Source of the DNA: Amoebophrya sp. A120
Lineage: Eukaryota; Protista; Dinoflagellata
NCBI GenBank assembly: GCA_905178155.1
Contig: CAJINV010000003.1
Coordinates: forward strand, 4,029,253 to 4,093,252
Length of the DNA: 64,000 bases
Direction of reading: 5' to 3'
A program made the position numbers and the translations under genes. The notes beneath the pieces are model-generated. The model was not told the DNA's origin. It searched no databases and saw only the letters and a program-made list of their open reading frames with translations. Positions 57,631 to 64,000 of the stretch are shown piece after piece (within the stretch, counting starts at the first letter, position 1; every line of letters starts with the position of its first letter).

Positions 57631-58571
57631 TTGAGTCGCGCAAGAAGAAGGCTCGCGTTCGTGGTCCTCTGCGGTCGCGTACAACCTTAATCTGTGCACG
57701 TTAGACCCCTTTTTTTGTGCCGAGTTCAGTATATTGTATTCTTTTTTTAGCAAAAAACAGTCAAACTCAAACTCTTCCTAAATCCTGCTTCGTCCACAAA
57801 GCGAAAACAATGAGAACAGACGAAAAAGAACGCAGAAGATCTAGTCAGCGCTTTTGTTCCAATCGATATTGCAGGTCTTCTTGCTTCTTACTCTTAGTCT
57901 AAATTTACGGAAGCCACTGCACATTCGATTGCGACAAGCGAAACAACATCAAACTTCTGGCTACTTCTAGTACTACACATTCTCAAGCACATCTGACACT
58001 CTCGAGGTCTACTTGTGGTTTCGAGATTATTCGAATGTTAACGACGAGAGGAAGATTGAACAACGGGCTGCAATGCAGCATACGTGATGACAATGCTGAT
58101 ACTTTGTAATCTTTTGGGGCGAGCACGAGCGAGGGTCATGCTTGAGCTGGCGGTATTTCTACGTGTGTACTTGCATCTAGAAATACACGGATTTCGGATT
58201 CCACAAAAATTCGCTCAACATAGGTGTTTTTTTACAAAAATTGCGAATCTTCTCCTCGAGCTTCGCGACAACATGTTGTATGGCTATGGGTTCTATTCAA
58301 AATGGCAGAGTCAGACACTACAAAAGGAAATCTTTTTGATTTCATTTCGTCTTCTGATCATAGTAACTGATAGATTGTACAGAATTGAACATAAAATCCA
58401 ATTGTCAAATTGCAGAATGCTTTTTGCTGATATGCGTATCAAGTAGTTACAAACATGTACAGATTCACAGCGCGCTGCGCGAGGAGACTGCGACTGCCAA
58501 CATGATGTCTGAGACGAAGAGAATCCGTTTCCGATTCGTAGCAGAGTAACGCAATGACGAGACGCCCCTAC

Positions 58572-61500
58572 TTACAGGGCATTGAGCAGCGCCACCACAC
58601 CTTCCGCGTCGTAACTCTTCGCGATCTGCAGGAGATCCCGGTTTTCTTTGTCGCTCTGCCGAAGCAACGACTCACGATACGCGCCATTCTCGTGCTCCAG
58701 TAAAATTTTGCAAACAGCCGTGCGATTGTACTGCGCTCCGAACATGATCGCCGACTTATCTTCCGTTGTACGCGCATTCAGCAACTCCCACGCACTGAGT
58801 GAACGGGTGTCGGAAGCGGGCCCTTCTACTTCCGACGGCTCGACATTGTCCGGTGTAGGTCGGAGCTCGACTGCTGGAGGTGCTTGTAGTTGTTCTCTAT
58901 GTTGGTCGCAACAGCTGAGCATTAGCCGCACGATGATTTCGAGGCCGTGTCGCGAGGCCAGCATGAAAGGGGTTTCGTTACCGCTGAACTCGTTTTTGGC
59001 CCGGATGAGTTGCGCCGCGTATTTTCCCCCTTGGTACTCTTTCAAAAGCCACTTGATAAACCCGATGTGGTTCCGCCGCACGCCTAGCATGAAGGCCGTC
59101 ATGCCCTTGAGGTCTTTGTGGTCAAACAGCCGCGAGACCAGATCCAGGTCGTCACTACTTTTCGGTGTACGACTCATCGGAAGTAGCGAGTTCTTGCGCA
59201 ACGGGACGGCATCGGCTTCACTCTTGTGCGGAATCCGACTCAACCCGCCGGTCACAGGTGCGGGCGGGGGATCGTGATTGTCGTGGAATTGGCTGCTTTG
59301 TATGTTGCCCTTTTCTCCTTGACTCGAACCCGCTGAAGCGTTTGCGTTGGGTTTCGATGGTGATGGCAAGTTATTGACGCCATCTTTGCAGCTTTTAGAA
59401 GTTCCGGCGGTAGAGGAGGAAGGAGTGGATGTTGATCCGGCACAAGCACTTTCTTCCGATCTAGATGAGGGCCGCTTGTTGGTGCGTGCTGCTGCTCCGT
59501 CATCATTTTTGTTCTTCTCTTCACAGCGAAGTTCATCTTCACCGTTGAGGATTTTTACTGTTGTCAGCGTTGCTGGCGGAAAAGATGAAGCGGCCTCGGC
59601 TTCTTGTGCGGGGTCCCCGACAACGCCAACGGAGGGCTTGCTCACCAGAGACAGAGTCGCTGAGTCCTTGCTGCCGACGACGGAGGAAGCGCCGGAACGA
59701 CGGAGGACCACGGCATCGTGCGTCAGCCGCTCTGTGTCGGTCGACAAAAACGCAACGCGCTCGCTTAGCAGTGCTTTTTCCCGGGCTACTGGATGCGTCG
59801 TCGCCGGAACAACAGCCAGGGGGAGGTTGTTTGCGGACAACTCTTCCACAGGCAACTGGACGACACCGGTTTCCACGTCGGCCAGCGAACGCGAGCTCGA
59901 TCCCACCCACTGTCGTGCCACGCCGGTGGCGATGTAAGCATCCTCATCCGAGGGAACAGTTCCACCTGACCCCGTTCTCGCAGTTCCCGTCTTCCACCAG
60001 AATTCGTTGTCGCGTTCGCCACGGCGGCGCGAACTCGGGGAAAACACAATATCGGAAGTTCCTTGGTTGCTGGAGAAAGCCCTCGGCTTTTCGCTATCAT
60101 GCGCGCAGCAGTCCGCTTCCTTTGTTGCTGCAGCTGGAGCGGTTGGAGTTTTTAATACTTCTGGTGCGCCGCGGCCGCGAGGGGACACAGCAGCAGCTTG
60201 CTCAACTCCTCGTTGTGGTGCAGACGAGGTGGACGTCGTCGCTGCAGATGTCGACGAGAACGCTAGATCATTATTGCCCTTAGTAGGCACCACAACTGAC
60301 GTCGAAACACAAGACGAGGATGAAGCTGCACCGGATGAAGCTGCAGCAGTGTCCACTTGGTCGCTCCGCTCCGATGACATCGCAATATTCGCTTGCTCGT
60401 CCTGGATTTTCTTCTGCAGCCGTTTCCTTGCTTCCAGAGCTTCGTATTTGCTGAGCAACATCTTCGAGAGTAGCAGAACGGAGTCCAGGTAAAAAACCAC
60501 GTCTTGGAATATGGTCCGCTTGGTGATGGCGTCCAGTTCTCGCCACCGCAAGAAGCGAGGGTCTTCCAGAATCGCCTGAATCTGCGCGGTTTTCCACGCC
60601 AGGGGCCCGTGCCCGCGAAGACACCCCTGCAAAAGGTTAATGCCGACGCGGCCCCAGTACCGGAAAATGCGGTAGAAACTTTGGTTCAACTCGGTCTCGG
60701 ACATGTGAAACACGACTTCCCGTGCCTCTTCGACGGTAGACGCGTCCTGCAGCGCGTTGTAAACGTTCGGAATGTGTAACGTGCGAACGAGGACGGATAC
60801 CACCGGAGGAGAGGAGGAAGGGGAGTTTTCCGCGCGGTGTTCTGAAGGCTCGTCATGCGGTTCCATCTCCGCTTCCTGACTGGTCGACTTCCTGCTGCGC
60901 AGCTCTTCGAGTGGCAAAAGTTCGGCGTCAAGAAGCGTTTCGCCGAAGCGATCGGAATCGGGATCGTTATTGGCGAGAAAGCAGAGCGTCGCCGGGACAT
61001 TGCGGCCTTCTCGGTCACTCAGGGACGCGGCAACCAGGCGCCGAGCATCCGCCACACAGATGAAGTCGTCTGCTGCAAAATCGCCTGAAGAAGATGGGCC
61101 GTTGTTTTCTTGTGTGCCGTTACGTGGTTTACTACGTCCCTCCTCCTGGTCGGAGCCATATTCGTCCTGTGTTGCATCCGAACCTGAAAGGATTTCTCGA
61201 AGATTCTGTTCCTGCTCGCCTTCCGCCCGTGTTCTTGTACGTTGCTTTATTTCCGCTTTATCAGTCACAACTGCTAGAGGTGGAGCAAAATCCTCTGGTT
61301 TTCGCTCGTGCCCGTCGGAAAAATCTTCAGCGATGCTGGCACCGCGGCGCGTTCGAGAGGAAGTTCTTGACGTAGTACTGCTACAAGCTGAACTGTAGTT
61401 CAGCACCGGAACGACGGCCATTTTGCCGCAATTCGACCCGGTAGTACTCGAACTTGTCGCATCAATGGGGGTTGAGGCAGACGCGGTGCGGTCGCGTGGC

Positions 61501-61658
61501 CTCGCGACCGGAGATCTCGTCGGCGAATCCGTCTCTCCGACCACGATGGGATTCCCATCGCGCCGGCGCTGCTCGTCAAACGCAGATGCGGACTCGTGCA
61601 TGCGGTCGCGCAAATCACCCAGCAAGACCTGCGCATCGGTTGCCGTGGCCTCGCTCAC
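58572..61658 (-). CDS. Protein with C-terminal ankyrin repeats and long low-complexity regions
   Basis: GMTAFMLGVRRNHIGFIKWLL, NETPFMLASRHGLEIIVRLML, DKSAIMFGAQYNRTAVCKILLEH. True start uncertain. Confidence 0.8.
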   Translation of the reverse strand: MSEATATDAQVLLGDLRDRMHESASAFDEQRRRDGNPIVVGETDSPTRSPVARPRDRTASASTPIDATSSSTTGSNCGKMAVVPVLNYSSACSSTTSRTSSRTRRGASIAEDFSDGHERKPEDFAPPLAVVTDKAEIKQRTRTRAEGEQEQNLREILSGSDATQDEYGSDQEEGRSKPRNGTQENNGPSSSGDFAADDFICVADARRLVAASLSDREGRNVPATLCFLANNDPDSDRFGETLLDAELLPLEELRSRKSTSQEAEMEPHDEPSEHRAENSPSSSPPVVSVLVRTLHIPNVYNALQDASTVEEAREVVFHMSETELNQSFYRIFRYWGRVGINLLQGCLRGHGPLAWKTAQIQAILEDPRFLRWRELDAITKRTIFQDVVFYLDSVLLLSKMLLSKYEALEARKRLQKKIQDEQANIAMSSERSDQVDTAAASSGAASSSSCVSTSVVVPTKGNNDLAFSSTSAATTSTSSAPQRGVEQAAAVSPRGRGAPEVLKTPTAPAAATKEADCCAHDSEKPRAFSSNQGTSDIVFSPSSRRRGERDNEFWWKTGTARTGSGGTVPSDEDAYIATGVARQWVGSSSRSLADVETGVVQLPVEELSANNLPLAVVPATTHPVAREKALLSERVAFLSTDTERLTHDAVVLRRSGASSVVGSKDSATLSLVSKPSVGVVGDPAQEAEAASSFPPATLTTVKILNGEDELRCEEKNKNDDGAAARTNKRPSSRSEESACAGSTSTPSSSTAGTSKSCKDGVNNLPSPSKPNANASAGSSQGEKGNIQSSQFHDNHDPPPAPVTGGLSRIPHKSEADAVPLRKNSLLPMSRTPKSSDDLDLVSRLFDHKDLKGMTAFMLGVRRNHIGFIKWLLKEYQGGKYAAQLIRAKNEFSGNETPFMLASRHGLEIIVRLMLSCCDQHREQLQAPPAVELRPTPDNVEPSEVEGPASDTRSLSAWELLNARTTEDKSAIMFGAQYNRTAVCKILLEHENGAYRESLLRQSDKENRDLLQIAKSYDAEGVVALLNAL

Positions 61659-63442
61659 AGTCGGCTCGAGGAGCAGGTCGTTCTGTGTTTTTTAGAGTGA
61701 TCAGGAGATCACGACACGAGAAAATAGAAGTACTTGATGTTCCCCTTTCCAATTAACTTTAACGACAAGGGAAAACTAGCACGTCGGGCTGATGTTTTTT
61801 TAGTAATATGTGACTATCGTCTCAATCAATGTTGGTTCATGATCATGACGCCGTTGCAGCTGCATGAGCATGAGAAGCAAAGAACGATCAAAGAACCTCG
61901 AGTAGCTCAGAGCCGTTGCTCCCAGCTTCAACCGCCGCGGAATTGTTCGTACTGGGAGGCGGCTGCGATTCAGGCGACCGTCTCAGATCCAACGGAACCG
62001 ATATCCGGAGGCAATCACCCGAAGCACGAAACACACTCAACATCTTGCGTTTTGCCACAATTGGGAGTAACAATGCAGAGTGGCAGACAAAATTTCAAAA
62101 CAAAAAGTCAAAACGCCTAAACGTGCATTTTTATTTCCGAGATGTTGAAATTATTAAGATTTAGAATCAAGTTCCTGAACTTTGTAAACGAGGTACGTTC
62201 ATCGCGTTCCTTGAGAAAAACGGAAATGGATGTTGACGCCCACCCTTGTTAGCTTCACGTTGACTTCAAGTCTGAAGTGCATTTAGCTTCCTCACAAGCA
62301 CAACACGAGAAGAGCGTAAAAGAACTCGCGCTTTAGGAGAGGGAAGCCAGTACCTGAAACACCGAGACTGACTGCATTGACATTGAGGCGAGCAAAACAA
62401 TTATACTTTGTCACACGGATGGGGATGTGACGTGTTGCAGGTACCGATAGATTCGGAGACTATTCGCTCTACTAAACAGAAACACGGACAACAGCACAAC
62501 ACGAAAAAATGGACAGAGATGACACAGGCAAAGAATTCATTCTGGACTAAAAACCGAACCAAAGCCAAAGCTTACAATTTATGAACAACGGCACTTCCTA
62601 CGGATGATACTTTGAAGCCCGTCCGAAGACGCGCCAATGCGGCTACCCAAGCTTTGTCTTTCACAATCCCACCCGATAGCGATACGGCTGCGCTGCGAAT
62701 GAATGAGAGCCAAATACCTCCTTGATACTAGCGTTGTTCGAAAACAAACTACGTACAGTCGTCTATGTCTCGCTGTCGCTTATTGCGGATTTCGCTTTGA
62801 ACGAGATGTATCGTCCGTGCCTTTGGAAGATTTAGGTTGTTTGAAATATCATCCGCTTTTCAAAGAAAGCCAAATGTACATTACATGACTCCGACTTCGT
62901 CTCGACGGTGCTGCACCGTCCCCTGGCGCAACAATAAATTATAACGGTTTCATCCCCAGTCGTACATCACGTACTCCGTGTGTAGTAGACGATTCCAATG
63001 ATCCTACATGTTCGATTTTTCGTGGTCTTGTTTTTTCTGGGACTCGTTTATTCTGGTCTTTCTCTATCATGGCGATGAACACAATTAGCATAATCTTACA
63101 TTGCTTTACCGCTTTGGCTTTGGCGCTGTGTGAAGATGAAAATTCGCTTTGGCTTTGTCGCAAGGGTGCCATAAAGAACCCTCGATGGAAGATGCGCAGT
63201 AGTACGTACCCGGAAGATGGGTAGTTGGTCGTAGAAGACGATCCCGAGTGTAAGATCATCCAACTGCTTGCTCATTCTTGTCTCCACAAGTCGATAGAAC
63301 CGTTGAGATGAAGTTGAAGGCACCAGAAAGCAGAAGGCCGTTATAATGATGTTCTCCATTGAACGGGAACGTGTCGGCGGCAGCAGGGAAAATGATTTTT
63401 GGTGTGCAACAACCAAGGCACGGGCGACGCTTTCCTCTGGAC

Positions 63443-64000
63443 CTACACATCCCGGTCGCGTTCGGCTGGCCGCCGTTTTGAGGCGGACGACGGTAGATTG
63501 CTTTCGTCCGTTTCGGATTCAATGCGGACGAACTCGGTTCGTGGCGACTTTGGCTCGAAGTTTGTAAGAAGACTGCTCTGGGAAGATACCGTCGGTACCT
63601 GGCTGCGCGTCGACATCGAACCTGTGGACGAGCTGGTGTGGTGGTCGCGCTTTGAAGATGTCGAAGTTATTAGGTGCACGTTTCTTGCGCTAGAGCTAGT
63701 ACCTACTACGCCGGGCATTGAAAGGACGGAAGATACTATTGTAGGCGGATGATCTTTGCTTCCATTATTTCTGAGCAACGCCGAATGCTCGCCCTCAAGC
63801 TGCTTGCTTTCGGGTGAGCGCGGGTTGGGTGGAGCGACGATCTCTTCCGACGTCAACAGCTTCGATTTCTCGTTATTTTCGTCGTCGTCCTCCGGGGTTA
63901 ACGGACCACCTTCACGTCCAGATGTTGTTTGTAGCAGCTTTGCGGTACTCTCGTCAGCAGGAGCTGCTGTTCTTGCCGCGGCTGTTGTGGAGGTTGTGAG
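63443..64000 (-). CDS. Partial Ser-rich hypothetical protein (3' part)
   Basis: Ser-rich ORF 63443-63856 with coding-like composition near the window edge. Confidence 0.35.
   Translation of the reverse strand, partial: LTTSTTAAARTAAPADESTAKLLQTTSGREGGPLTPEDDDENNEKSKLLTSEEIVAPPNPRSPESKQLEGEHSALLRNNGSKDHPPTIVSSVLSMPGVVGTSSSARNVHLITSTSSKRDHHTSSSTGSMSTRSQVPTVSSQSSLLTNFEPKSPRTEFVRIESETDESNLPSSASKRRPAERDRDV

Overview
Eukaryotic, gene-dense window. The features (unidirectional gene cluster, TIR/direct-repeat non-canonical introns) fit a syndinian dinoflagellate such as Amoebophrya; that assignment is an inference. All identifiable host genes are on the minus strand: an AAAP amino-acid transporter, a WSC + GT61 glycosyltransferase, a tandem two-channel polycystin (PKD2-like), an SLC12 cation-chloride cotransporter, a tandemly duplicated Pro/Gln/Cys-rich gene, a large secreted protein with a degenerate J-like domain, two small Cys-tailed proteins, a multipass membrane protein, a TPX2-like protein and an ankyrin protein. 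Four genes are interrupted by 16 complete (plus 1 broken) introner-like elements from about 7 TIR families. Almost all run TAT...ATA with a 5-bp target-site duplication. Removing an element plus one TSD copy restores the reading frame in every complete case, yet none can be read as GT-AG, and they occur in both orientations. Main observation: families with unrelated TIRs share an internal motif TTGTNATGC, about 50 copies by manual count, placed about 40 bp (or about 31 bp) inside the ends. This points to a single excision or mobilisation machinery that measures from the motif. Also present: an intact 7.4-kb Ty1/copia element nested inside one introner, with gag and pol in frame across a single TGA and no canonical PBS, and a 1.25-kb intergenic TIR element that shares its ends with one introner family.
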